Shown piece after piece: positions 43,274-51,850 of a stretch of DNA of 52,652 nt; the stretch's first letter is position 1; the number at the start of each line of letters is the position of its first letter. This DNA is from Deltaproteobacteria bacterium. GTDB lineage: Bacteria; Desulfobacterota; Desulfomonilia; UBA1062. Location: NCBI GenBank assembly GCA_011372875.1, contig DSAD01000216.1, positions 1 through 52,652 on the forward strand. Reading direction: 5' to 3'. The position numbers and the translations under genes were made by a program. Under the pieces are notes generated by a model. That model worked only from the letters and a program-made list of their open reading frames with translations, had not been told where the DNA came from and did no database searches.

Positions 43274-44791
43274 TTATATGGTATAAAGAAAGTCTGTCAT
43301 CTTGGTTATATGAACCATCTGAGAGATATTCTGTGAAATCCCCGATATTGTGCACGAACAGTCTTTTTGCAGGAGAGCTCTGTAGAACTTTAGGATAAAT
43401 ATGATTCCTGATGAATCAATACGGGTGGTGTGTGAAAGATCAATGGTGCATCTTGTTGTGCTGATTCTGCCGAGAAGTTCGGACGTATCTTTATCAGCTG
43501 TCTGAGCGGCAGTCAGTTCTCCAAAGAAAGACACCACGCTCTCATTGTCATCTTCGGTTACCTCATAATATAAGAGGGAAGATGCCCAGGCCTTTTCACT
43601 GACCGCTCTTTGTGCATCCTCGATGCTGTTGAAAGAGAAATGATATAAAAGATCCGACATCCTGTTGTAAGAAAAAGCTCTCTTTGCTGTAGGACGCAGT
43701 CCGGTAATAAAAAGTCCCCTGTCATCTCTCATGCATGAATAATAAAGGTTCAGAAGAAATCCCAACCCATTTGAATCAATCAAGAGGACATCTGAGAAAT
43801 CCAGAATAAGCGATTGATTCTTGATGGCCTCTTGTTCAAGGATCTCATTCATGGCAGTAGCGGCACTGATGTTGAATCTCCATGGCATGTGAAGGACAAA
43901 AGCTTCTTTGTCGTTATCTCTCAGGGGTTTATAAAGGATTTCATGATCTGTTTGTGCGGGCCGAAGGTTATGCAGGATCAGTTTCTTGCAGTGGTAATGT
44001 AGTATTGATGGCCAGACCAATATCCCAAACTTGAGGAAATCAATCAGGTAGCGTTTCCATAGCCGTCTCGGGTCCTGGGTCAAGCGGAACAGCCATTCGA
44101 GTCCGGTGTGCTGCATCCATGCCGGTGCACGTTGGACTGAACCGGTAATGAACTCAAAAGTGCCGCCGATCCCTATGGATACAGGGACCTTCAGCCTGTG
44201 CCTGTTTCTTTCAAACCACAGTTCCTGTTTCGGATTGCCGAAGGCTATGAGGAGTATGTCTGCGCCGGAGGCGTTTATTCTGTCAACAACAGGGAGGTCA
44301 CTTTCGAGCGCATCAATCAGGGCCTCTCCTTCTATATGCACAAACGGGGAATCGCATCCTGCAATGATCAGATCCGGATAGCGCTTCTCAAGTATCCTGG
44401 CTGCCTGGATGGCGACATCTCCTTTCCCTCCTAGCAGGTATATGGATTTTTGACGCTGCGATGCCTCTCTGGCCAGTTCAGGGACAAGGTCTGCGCCTGT
44501 GACACGACCCTTGAGCGGAGATCCTAGGAGCCTGCTGGCCCAGACAAGCGGCATGCCGTCTGCTGTGACGAGATCTGCCTTGCGTAAGATATCCATGAGT
44601 TCAGGATGCCGGGTTTTTATAAGACTCCAGGACAGCGTGTTTACGACAAAATCCGTGTTCACGGTGCAGACTTGCCTGGGTCTCTTGTCGGTATGATACT
44701 CTTCTATCATGGAAAAGACAGACTCTACGGTTTCTTCCATGGTGAGATTGTCCAGGGGAATGCCTAGAATAGCTATTGAGTTGTGTCTCAT
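43274..44791 (-). CDS. WecB/TagA/CpsF-family glycosyltransferase fused to two C-terminal STAS domains
   Basis: Residues 1-255 read ILGIPLDNLTMEETV, CTVNTDFVV, VTADGMPLVWASRLLG and IAFGNPKQELWF. STAS 1 reads LILDFSDVLLIDSNGLGFLLNL and STAS 2 reads CTIDLSHTTRIDSSGIIFILKF. Confidence 0.75.
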   Translation of the reverse strand: MRHNSIAILGIPLDNLTMEETVESVFSMIEEYHTDKRPRQVCTVNTDFVVNTLSWSLIKTRHPELMDILRKADLVTADGMPLVWASRLLGSPLKGRVTGADLVPELAREASQRQKSIYLLGGKGDVAIQAARILEKRYPDLIIAGCDSPFVHIEGEALIDALESDLPVVDRINASGADILLIAFGNPKQELWFERNRHRLKVPVSIGIGGTFEFITGSVQRAPAWMQHTGLEWLFRLTQDPRRLWKRYLIDFLKFGILVWPSILHYHCKKLILHNLRPAQTDHEILYKPLRDNDKEAFVLHMPWRFNISAATAMNEILEQEAIKNQSLILDFSDVLLIDSNGLGFLLNLYYSCMRDDRGLFITGLRPTAKRAFSYNRMSDLLYHFSFNSIEDAQRAVSEKAWASSLLYYEVTEDDNESVVSFFGELTAAQTADKDTSELLGRISTTRCTIDLSHTTRIDSSGIIFILKFYRALLQKDCSCTISGISQNISQMVHITKMTDFLYTI

Positions 44792-44850
44792 GTCATATTT
44801 TTCCCGGAATGTTTATTGTCAGAGTGACCATGGCCGTTGCGTCAGGGATA

Positions 44851-45438
44851 TCATATTTCAAACAGAAGCCCGAATTCATCAAGGATCTTAGCCCATTCAA
44901 TGCCCTTGTTGTCCAGAGACTGCATCATGATAAGGATCGGTTCCTGGCCTGACCGGCCAAGGGTTATTCTTCTTATCGTGGCCTGTATCCAGTAGCGTAC
45001 CACTGAGCTATGCCGGGTCTTATTGTTTGTGAACCAGTACAGGATCTCCCGGTCCTGTTCATCTCTCTGGAGGTTCATAAGAAGGCCGGAACCTCCTTCT
45101 ATGGGAAGCTTCCGTGTTGAGGAGATAGACCATCCTGCGCCCTGGAAGCAGTATATGGGGTCGTGTACGGCATGCCTGTTTCTGGCACCGTCAATCGCTA
45201 TGAGAACGAATTTGTCCTTTCCCAGCTGATAACAGCGTTTGAGTACTTCGGCATCGCTGTACAGAGACCGTTCGCTTGGATTCAGGGACATGTCATAACC
45301 GGTATAGCCCAAACCCTGCAATGGAAGGTTGTGTATCCTGCTTGTTCCGTTGTGTACGCCGTATATATCGAAAATGATACCTATAATGAGGGTGAGTGAG
45401 AAACCCAGCCAGAGCAGTATGTTGGTGAGTCTGGTCAT
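44851..45438 (-). CDS. epsI: EpsI-family exosortase-associated protein
   Basis: An N-terminal TM precedes a periplasmic domain with a pattern typical of EpsI/DUF3485 (VLIAIDGARNRHAVHDPIYCFQGAGW). It lies next to the exosortase and has an ATGA overlap with the upstream ORF. Confidence 0.65.
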   Translation of the reverse strand: MTRLTNILLWLGFSLTLIIGIIFDIYGVHNGTSRIHNLPLQGLGYTGYDMSLNPSERSLYSDAEVLKRCYQLGKDKFVLIAIDGARNRHAVHDPIYCFQGAGWSISSTRKLPIEGGSGLLMNLQRDEQDREILYWFTNNKTRHSSVVRYWIQATIRRITLGRSGQEPILIMMQSLDNKGIEWAKILDEFGLLFEI

Positions 45439-45914
45439 GGATTGACAGATATCCTTGTCTGGATTGAATGTGCCATATAACAGGCAGGAATGGCCGATAT
45501 CAGTATGCGGGCTGCAATGATATACTCCGGGAAAAATCTTCCCCCTAACCAGTCAAAGGCCGGCATCCATGACAACGATGATGCAAGCCACACGAGATTC
45601 ATGGGAAAAGGAGGGAGCAGGGCCCCGATTGCGCATGCAAGCCCTATATGTTCCAGGACATTGAGAGAGCCCAACATCCCGTTAAAGGATAAAAGAAGTC
45701 CCAGCCCCAGAAGTATCGGCCTGTCCTTTGTCTTTTCATTGAATCTGTTCCGCAGTGACCAGTAGAATACTACTGGAGTAACCCATATGATGAGCGCTAC
45801 AGCGCCGAGGCGGGCCTGTGAGGGGTGCATCCATGTGACAATGAGATCCAGCGAGTTCACCATACAATAGATGCATATGAAGACAGCGATAATAGGTGGT
45901 CTGTTTCTGATCAT
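45435..45914 (-). CDS. Small polytopic membrane protein, exosortase-associated, function unknown
   Basis: A 159-aa protein with four or five hydrophobic segments, translationally coupled between the exosortase and epsI. It weakly resembles the non-catalytic N-terminal half of the adjacent exosortase. Confidence 0.5.
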   Translation of the reverse strand: MIRNRPPIIAVFICIYCMVNSLDLIVTWMHPSQARLGAVALIIWVTPVVFYWSLRNRFNEKTKDRPILLGLGLLLSFNGMLGSLNVLEHIGLACAIGALLPPFPMNLVWLASSLSWMPAFDWLGGRFFPEYIIAARILISAIPACYMAHSIQTRISVNP

Positions 45915-45917
45915 GGT

Positions 45918-46742
45918 TTAAGGGGTATTCTTTCCCCGGAGTCTTGCCTGAAGGGAAAAGATGGTCCAGGTGAGACAAAGCATCATAAAAAGCACGAACC
46001 AGCCGCCAAAGGTATGAAACAGCCCCAGGGCTATTTCAGGACTCAAGGTGAGCGCCACGATACAGACAACGACAATCCTTACGGTGTTGGCCATCCATGC
46101 GATACTGATCAGCAGTCCAATATTCAACCAGTATCCGGGGTGTTTCCGCAGGTAGATATACGCAAGGGCAGACCCGGCTATAAGCATTGACTGCAGTACG
46201 TTTATACCCGAGCATGGTTCTCCGATGCCGACAGGCAGTCCCTGTACGATGATGCGTGTTCCTTCGTGCAGTACATCAAAGCCCATTAAGGAGAAGATCT
46301 CCGAGGTAACCCGTGCGCTTGATAGCCTGAACCACCATCCTATCGCATCACCTTCGAGCGCAAGCCAGGGGAATGAAAGGATCGGTAATATCAGCAGTCT
46401 TCGTATCGATATGGCGGTTTTTCTGTCCAGACGTGATGAGAGCCAGTACCATAGAATGCCTGTCCAGCTTAATGCCAGAACAAAGGTGATGTTCAGGGCA
46501 ACCCCTATTATAAAGACGATTGCGCAGATCATGAGGCCGCTGAACAGCAACGGGTTATCTTGAGTTGTGAACCTCCATGGCCATCCGAGCCATATGAACA
46601 AGGGCAGGGAAAGTATGATGGGAAGGGTGTTGTCCAGGGATGAAATCCATGCCAGATCCCTCACCCAGATAAAGAAGGCGAGAAAGAACAGCAGGATCAG
46701 GAAGATATAATCACGTATTATCATTTTCTTGTTGTTGTGCAA
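45918..46742 (-). CDS. Exosortase (EpsH/Xrt family)
   Basis: The protein is polytopic. The catalytic-type motifs are GEPCSGINVL (Cys), ANTVRIV (Arg) and FHTFGGW (His), in the order expected for exosortases. Confidence 0.8.
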   Translation of the reverse strand: MHNNKKMIIRDYIFLILLFFLAFFIWVRDLAWISSLDNTLPIILSLPLFIWLGWPWRFTTQDNPLLFSGLMICAIVFIIGVALNITFVLALSWTGILWYWLSSRLDRKTAISIRRLLILPILSFPWLALEGDAIGWWFRLSSARVTSEIFSLMGFDVLHEGTRIIVQGLPVGIGEPCSGINVLQSMLIAGSALAYIYLRKHPGYWLNIGLLISIAWMANTVRIVVVCIVALTLSPEIALGLFHTFGGWFVLFMMLCLTWTIFSLQARLRGKNTP

Positions 46743-48681
46743 TTAAATCCAGATTCTGTCTGAGCTGTAATCTGTCAGGGAAATGCATGAGCAGTTCTTC
46801 GGTTAATGCCCTGGCATTTTCCCAGTCCTTTTTCTGATAGGCTTTGCGCGCCAGATATGCCTTTGCTTCGAGAGAGTCGTTTGCTACAGAACCATAGATC
46901 CTGTCTGCCTCGGCTGTGTTGTCCTTGCTCAGAGCTATTCTCCCCAAAAGCTCTTTTCCGGCGATGCTTGAGGCAAGATCCGCATGATCATCGATGATGT
47001 GTTTTGATTTGTCCGGATTTCCATTGTTCAGATATGCAAGGCTGAGCAGCCATGAGGCCCGAAGTCCGATATCTGTTTTATATTCCGTCAGCGCAGAGAG
47101 TCTGCGTATGGCTTCATCAAGATCGTTCTCGGCGAGCATTATCTCTGCCGTGAGCAGGTTCAGCGATTCGTTTGATTTCTGCATTGCCGAGAATTCAATA
47201 GCGGCCTTATTGCCCCGGTTGTATCTCATTGCCTGAGTTAGGCCATATGAGACCCAGTCCGGGAAATCATCAGGTATCAGGGGGAGTTTATGTAATGCAA
47301 GGGCAGCCTCGATCCATCCTCCCGCAAGGAAGACAGCGGCAAAGGCCTCATCGCTTTTCAGCAGGGCCTCGATATTGTCGGGGATCGGGTTGATCTTCGA
47401 GGGCTTTGAGTCCGCCTGTGTGAGCCGGTTCAGCAGCTGAAAGAACTGATGCCGGCCCTGTTTGTGCAATACAGGTGTTTCACCCTCGACTGGGTTTACG
47501 ATGACACCCCATCTGCGATATACCAGGACGATCTCAAGCGCCCGCTCGAGATCCGGATGATAGGATGAGCGTTTGTGAGGGCTTGCCTTGAGAAGATCCA
47601 TTGCACGAGTTTCAGAGCCGTCTTTGAGTGCCTGGATCAGTCGCAGCCAGTATATTTCCTGTCGGGTATCCAGAAGTCTCGATACCCTGGGGTTGTCTCC
47701 GAGTGAATAATCGTCCCAGAACATATCCGGCGGAAGGTCAAAGAGGTAGGTTATGAGCGGTACCAGATCGCCATCGGCTAATGCAGGAGATGGCCGGTCA
47801 ATAACGAAGGGATGCGTTATCCTTGACCAGAATATGGTCTTGAGCCAGAAAAAGTCCAGGGAGTGTTCATTCAGGCCATCTGCCCATGTCTTCAGTGCAA
47901 GGCGATAATTGCCCTGTCTGCGGTAATATTCGGCGAGCTGGTCGCGGAGAATCGGGTTGTCCGGTTCGGCAAGGTGAGCTGCCACATATTCCACACGTGC
48001 CTGAGTCATTTTACCTGTGTATTCAAGGATCTGAGCCCTGAATGAACGTACATCCGGATTGCGGGGATCTGCCAGGTATGCCTTCTCGAGAAGGGACCAT
48101 GAGTCTGCCAGGTTATCGCCTGCCTTTAATATGGCAAGGCGCACAAGTCTGCCGCAATCAGCCGGGCCTTCGAATTGACGAGAGTTGAGCAGGGCCAGTG
48201 CCTTATCCTTTTCCCCCTGGCTGAGCAGTGCGTCTACATCAAGGGCAAGCCACAGTTCAGGCCTTTGCTCATGAGAACGCCAAAGGTTACGCAATTCATG
48301 GAACAGTTCCATGTTCTGTGTCTTCAACAAAGCCCGTTCGACAAGGATAGACGCTTCTTCGTGATTCATGAATGATCCGGGTGATTGTCCGTAAAGATAC
48401 AGGAGGCGGTGAATGTTGCGCGATTGTTCCAGCGCGCGTATCTCCAGGGATATCCATTTCTCGTAACTCTCAGCAGATGCGGAGCTTTTAGATGTCCTGA
48501 TGATGGTAAGGGCCTCAGGGATGCGCGACTGGTTTAATAGCCCCGCAGCTTCTGCATAGCAGCGTTCCTCCTGAGCAGTAATAACATAGGATCGCCAGTA
48601 GAAGAATCCCAGAACCACAAGAGCGCACAGCAGAACAATGAGTGCACCAAGTGTCAGCTTTTCTTTTACAGAGAGGTTCAT
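46711..48681 (-). CDS. Membrane-anchored TPR-repeat protein
   Basis: The N-terminal TM is LTLGALIVLLCALVVLGFFYW. Many TPR-like helical repeats follow, for example YYRRQGNYRLALKTW and LARKAYQKKDWENARAL. The start overlaps the PEP-CTERM gene stop as ATGA. Confidence 0.7.
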   Translation of the reverse strand: MNLSVKEKLTLGALIVLLCALVVLGFFYWRSYVITAQEERCYAEAAGLLNQSRIPEALTIIRTSKSSASAESYEKWISLEIRALEQSRNIHRLLYLYGQSPGSFMNHEEASILVERALLKTQNMELFHELRNLWRSHEQRPELWLALDVDALLSQGEKDKALALLNSRQFEGPADCGRLVRLAILKAGDNLADSWSLLEKAYLADPRNPDVRSFRAQILEYTGKMTQARVEYVAAHLAEPDNPILRDQLAEYYRRQGNYRLALKTWADGLNEHSLDFFWLKTIFWSRITHPFVIDRPSPALADGDLVPLITYLFDLPPDMFWDDYSLGDNPRVSRLLDTRQEIYWLRLIQALKDGSETRAMDLLKASPHKRSSYHPDLERALEIVLVYRRWGVIVNPVEGETPVLHKQGRHQFFQLLNRLTQADSKPSKINPIPDNIEALLKSDEAFAAVFLAGGWIEAALALHKLPLIPDDFPDWVSYGLTQAMRYNRGNKAAIEFSAMQKSNESLNLLTAEIMLAENDLDEAIRRLSALTEYKTDIGLRASWLLSLAYLNNGNPDKSKHIIDDHADLASSIAGKELLGRIALSKDNTAEADRIYGSVANDSLEAKAYLARKAYQKKDWENARALTEELLMHFPDRLQLRQNLDLIAQQQENDNT

Positions 48682-49532
48682 GAGCTGCCGGCAGTATCCT
48701 CAATGGAATCCATACGGTATTTCCGATAGACCACGAGTCCTATAAAGGAACTCAATATGAACAGGGTGGATGGTTCCGGCATGTTTGTTAATGCCCCTAC
48801 ATTTGCCCTTCCGATATCAACGGCGACGAGAAGATCCTTGTAATCGCCGTTGGTCTCGCCGTAGAGGTCTTCGAACGCTATGAAAAGATACGGGCTGTCA
48901 GGCCGGGCAAAGACAAGCGCATGTTCGAGACCGTCGGGGTTCGAGGAGGTCTGTGTGGAGAATACATCGGTTCCTCCTCTGGCACCATCTGCGATCAGGA
49001 AGAAATCAAGCCCTGACCCGCTTTCGATTGTTCCCAGGTCCACAAAATCGCCCGAGAGTAAAGGTGTCTGTTTCTTTCTCTTGTTGGCGGTTGACGCATC
49101 GGGGAAAATGAGCAGAGGGTCGCCTTCGGTAATACCCCCTCCTGAAGTGTTGAACCCGAGGGTGTTTTTATAATTGGTATTCTCCCCAATGAAATAAACC
49201 CTTGTGTCGTACTGCGTGGCAAGGCTGATCTTGGAAGGGTCCAGGGCAATGGTCGAGGTAAGGTCCGTGAATGAAGGTGCAGTCAGTTCCATGTTTCCCC
49301 ATCCGCTCATTGTCGGAAGGTAGTTGTTCTGGAAATCCGAAGATGCATCGTCAGAGCCGGCGAGCTTTACCGTATCTACAATCTCCAGACCGAACGGCCT
49401 GGCTGGAGATTGATATGGGGAATCCACGGACGTGTGTGCATGAGAGGCCATCAGGAGTAGTAAGGCCATGATAAAACATGCTGTTCTACCAAGGTCGACC
49501 GTACGGATTTCGTTGATCTTCATGAGATTCAT
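48678..49532 (-). CDS. PEP-CTERM sorting-signal protein with a DUF4114-like domain
   Basis: I prefer the start at MNLMKINE (ATG at 49532, AAGGAG 5 nt upstream), which gives a signal peptide ending HAHTS. The DUF4114-like string is LDFFLIADGARGG...FEDLYGETNGDYKDLLVAVDIG. The C-terminus carries PEPSTLFILSSFIGLVVYRKYR. Confidence 0.8.
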   Translation of the reverse strand: MNLMKINEIRTVDLGRTACFIMALLLLMASHAHTSVDSPYQSPARPFGLEIVDTVKLAGSDDASSDFQNNYLPTMSGWGNMELTAPSFTDLTSTIALDPSKISLATQYDTRVYFIGENTNYKNTLGFNTSGGGITEGDPLLIFPDASTANKRKKQTPLLSGDFVDLGTIESGSGLDFFLIADGARGGTDVFSTQTSSNPDGLEHALVFARPDSPYLFIAFEDLYGETNGDYKDLLVAVDIGRANVGALTNMPEPSTLFILSSFIGLVVYRKYRMDSIEDTAGSS

Positions 49533-49718
49533 AGAGTCTCCTTTCTGGACTGATACAAGGAACCGAGGTGATATCATCCGGGAATAAACCATAGTTTTCT
49601 ATCATGATTCCCGATGTATGCATGGCCTGGCACCTCTAATGCTGTAGTATCGGCAGGATTCCGGATTTCTTGATCATTACCTGTAATAGACAAATTGATA
49701 ACGTATCTCCGGTTCCGA

Positions 49719-50753
49719 TTATGATGAACCCTCAGCAGGGGAATCCTCCAGGGGTCTGTCCGCAACTCCTTGATTCTGCAGGGGGGCGTCATTGAACTTT
49801 CCCCAGAAGTACCGTGCTATGCCCAGGAACTGCGGATAGATCACCAGGATGCTGTGGCATGCATAGGCAAAGGTCATCGTCCGGGTCTGTCCGAAGGTTT
49901 TCAGGAGATTGCCCATGCGGAGAATTGGTCGCAGGAGCACGAGCAGTCCAAGAATGATGCCGGGGGTTTTGAACCCTGTCAGGTATCCTGCAAAGATAAC
50001 GGCGGGAGGGGCCACGGCCCTGATCACGATACGGGCGAGTTCTCTCAGCCATAGCCTTTCACGGTTGCGGATAAAACGCATGCCTATCTCCGCATAGGCA
50101 TATCCGCTTCGGTAGGCTCTCCTGAAGTACTGGGACCAGCTTGACATATTGATATCGTGCAGCGTCATGGGGATATCGATCCGCAGGATCTGGAATCCGA
50201 GCTGCCTGACACGGTAGCTCAGTTCAGGGTCTTCCCCCGCAACCAGGGCTTCGTCGAATCCCGCTGTCGCCTCGAGGACTTCCCGTTTGATCAGGACATC
50301 TCCCCCGAAATAGCGGCAAGGCCCTGTCTCATAGATCCATTCCATGTCCGTGATCGCGTGAAAGAGGTTTCTCTCTCTATCGCGCTCCCTGCGTCTGCCG
50401 CATACTGCGACTGTTCTGCCGTTGATATGGCCGAGGGCCTTTGAGAACCAGTCGGGATCGACAAGGGTATCTGCGTCCAGGAACTGGATAAAGGGGGTAT
50501 CCGCAATCTTCCATCCGGCATTTCTCCCTCTTCCCGGTGTCGGATGGACATCATCGAGTTCCACCACGGTGACCCCTTCGATATCTTTCGCAACAGCCAC
50601 ACTTGTGTCGCGCGAACCCCCGTCGACATAGACGATGGTCAGGAGTTCCTGGGGATAGTGTGATGCCTGAACGGAATGAATGCAGTCTGCAAGATATCTC
50701 TCGACATTTATCCCGATGATGACCACGCCGATGGCGGGCAGTTCATGATTCAT
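49719..50753 (-). CDS. Family-2 glycosyltransferase
   Basis: VVIIGINVERYL, VDGGSRD and FLDADT (DxD) are present. The C-terminus has TM segments. Confidence 0.85.
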   Translation of the reverse strand: MNHELPAIGVVIIGINVERYLADCIHSVQASHYPQELLTIVYVDGGSRDTSVAVAKDIEGVTVVELDDVHPTPGRGRNAGWKIADTPFIQFLDADTLVDPDWFSKALGHINGRTVAVCGRRRERDRERNLFHAITDMEWIYETGPCRYFGGDVLIKREVLEATAGFDEALVAGEDPELSYRVRQLGFQILRIDIPMTLHDINMSSWSQYFRRAYRSGYAYAEIGMRFIRNRERLWLRELARIVIRAVAPPAVIFAGYLTGFKTPGIILGLLVLLRPILRMGNLLKTFGQTRTMTFAYACHSILVIYPQFLGIARYFWGKFNDAPLQNQGVADRPLEDSPAEGSS

Positions 50754-51261
50754 GGCTCTTGTCCTTTGCCGGGATTATTCTCGCCGGAACGCCCACTGCC
50801 ACCGAATGCGCAGGCACGTCCTCCAGTACCACAGAGTTCGCACCGATTCTGACATGATCTCCGATTCGGATGTTCCCGAGCAGCTTAGCCCCTGCTCCTA
50901 TATCCACGTTGTTTCCGATTTTGGGTGCAACAGGTTCGGTTGCCCTCCTGAGCCCTATGGTGACGCCGTTTCTTACCGTGCAGTTGTCTCCGAAGGAGGC
51001 GAAGCCGCTGATTATGATCTGGCCGAAATGATCGATCCTGAAGTTTCTTCCGATGTCGACCTCGCAGGGCAGTTCCACGCCTGTAATGATCTGGATAAGC
51101 TTGAAGAGGACCTTGTAGATCAGGGAAAAAGGCTTGCGGATAAAAGGTGTCCTTATCGTGTATCTCCACCTTCCGAACCGGTATACGAGCATTACCCAGA
51201 AGCCCTGGCAGCTCCAGTCTCCATGGTAGGTGTTGAGATCTTCTTTGATATTGTCGAACAT
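50743..51261 (-). CDS. Serine-acetyltransferase-like hexapeptide acyltransferase
   Basis: Hexapeptide repeats end in IGNNVDIGAGAKLLGNIRIGDHVRIGANSVVLEDVP. I prefer the start at MFDNIK (ATG at 51261), 1 nt after the upstream gene's stop. Confidence 0.75.
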   Translation of the reverse strand: MFDNIKEDLNTYHGDWSCQGFWVMLVYRFGRWRYTIRTPFIRKPFSLIYKVLFKLIQIITGVELPCEVDIGRNFRIDHFGQIIISGFASFGDNCTVRNGVTIGLRRATEPVAPKIGNNVDIGAGAKLLGNIRIGDHVRIGANSVVLEDVPAHSVAVGVPARIIPAKDKSHES

Positions 51262-51262
51262 A

Positions 51263-51850
51263 TCAGGACCTTTTTTTGTTCTGCCGGGGCAATTCCGAGC
51301 AGCAGTACCCGAAGGTGTTCTCAAGGGCATCCCGGACTTCCTGGATCACCTCATGTTTCTGAGGCCCTTTCTTCAACGCGAACAGAGGAAGTCTTGAACC
51401 CGATTCCCGGTGTTTCTCTTCAAACTCACTGGTAGAGCATACCACTCTGGCGGGATTGCCGGCACAAACCGTGTCCGGAGGTATGTCGTGCGTCACCACG
51501 GAGCCTGCGCCCACTATGGAGTTCGGCCCGATCCTTACATTGCACACAATGGTTGAATTCGCGCCGATAAAGCATCGGTCGCATATAACAACCTTGCCGA
51601 TCTTGACCAGGTCGCCCGCATATGCCGTGGTTGCATCATGGGCCAGGATGGTTGCAAACATGGAGATGGTCACATTATCGCCGATTTCAACGAGATAGGG
51701 AAGCCCTGCGTCAATATAAGAGGGATAGATAACCCTGGAATTGCCGCCTATCCTGACCCCCTGCCTGCGCAGGTATTCAGTGTAGAAGGTGGTGTCGAGT
51801 CCAAGACGTATCTTATCTATGAGATGCCGAAGCCTGTTGAACGGGTCCAT
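51263..51850 (-). CDS. Hexapeptide-repeat O-acetyltransferase (maltose/galactoside acetyltransferase-like)
   Basis: VEIGDNVTISMFATILAHD...CFIGANSTIVCNVRIGPNSIVGAGSVVTHDIP. I prefer the start at MDPFNR (ATG at 51850, AAGGA 7 nt upstream). The ORF-track start at 51883 is a TTG. Confidence 0.75.
   Translation of the reverse strand: MDPFNRLRHLIDKIRLGLDTTFYTEYLRRQGVRIGGNSRVIYPSYIDAGLPYLVEIGDNVTISMFATILAHDATTAYAGDLVKIGKVVICDRCFIGANSTIVCNVRIGPNSIVGAGSVVTHDIPPDTVCAGNPARVVCSTSEFEEKHRESGSRLPLFALKKGPQKHEVIQEVRDALENTFGYCCSELPRQNKKRS

Noticed and set aside
49628-49643. Sigma54-type motif TGGCAC-CTCTA-ATGCT (GG-N10-GC spacing) in the gap between the GT2 gene and the PEP-CTERM gene.
   Set aside because: It lies on the plus strand and points into the 3' end of the minus-strand GT2 gene. 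All genes here are on the minus strand, and the reverse-strand reading has GG-N11-GC spacing. It is probably a chance match. It would only matter if an antisense transcript were detected.
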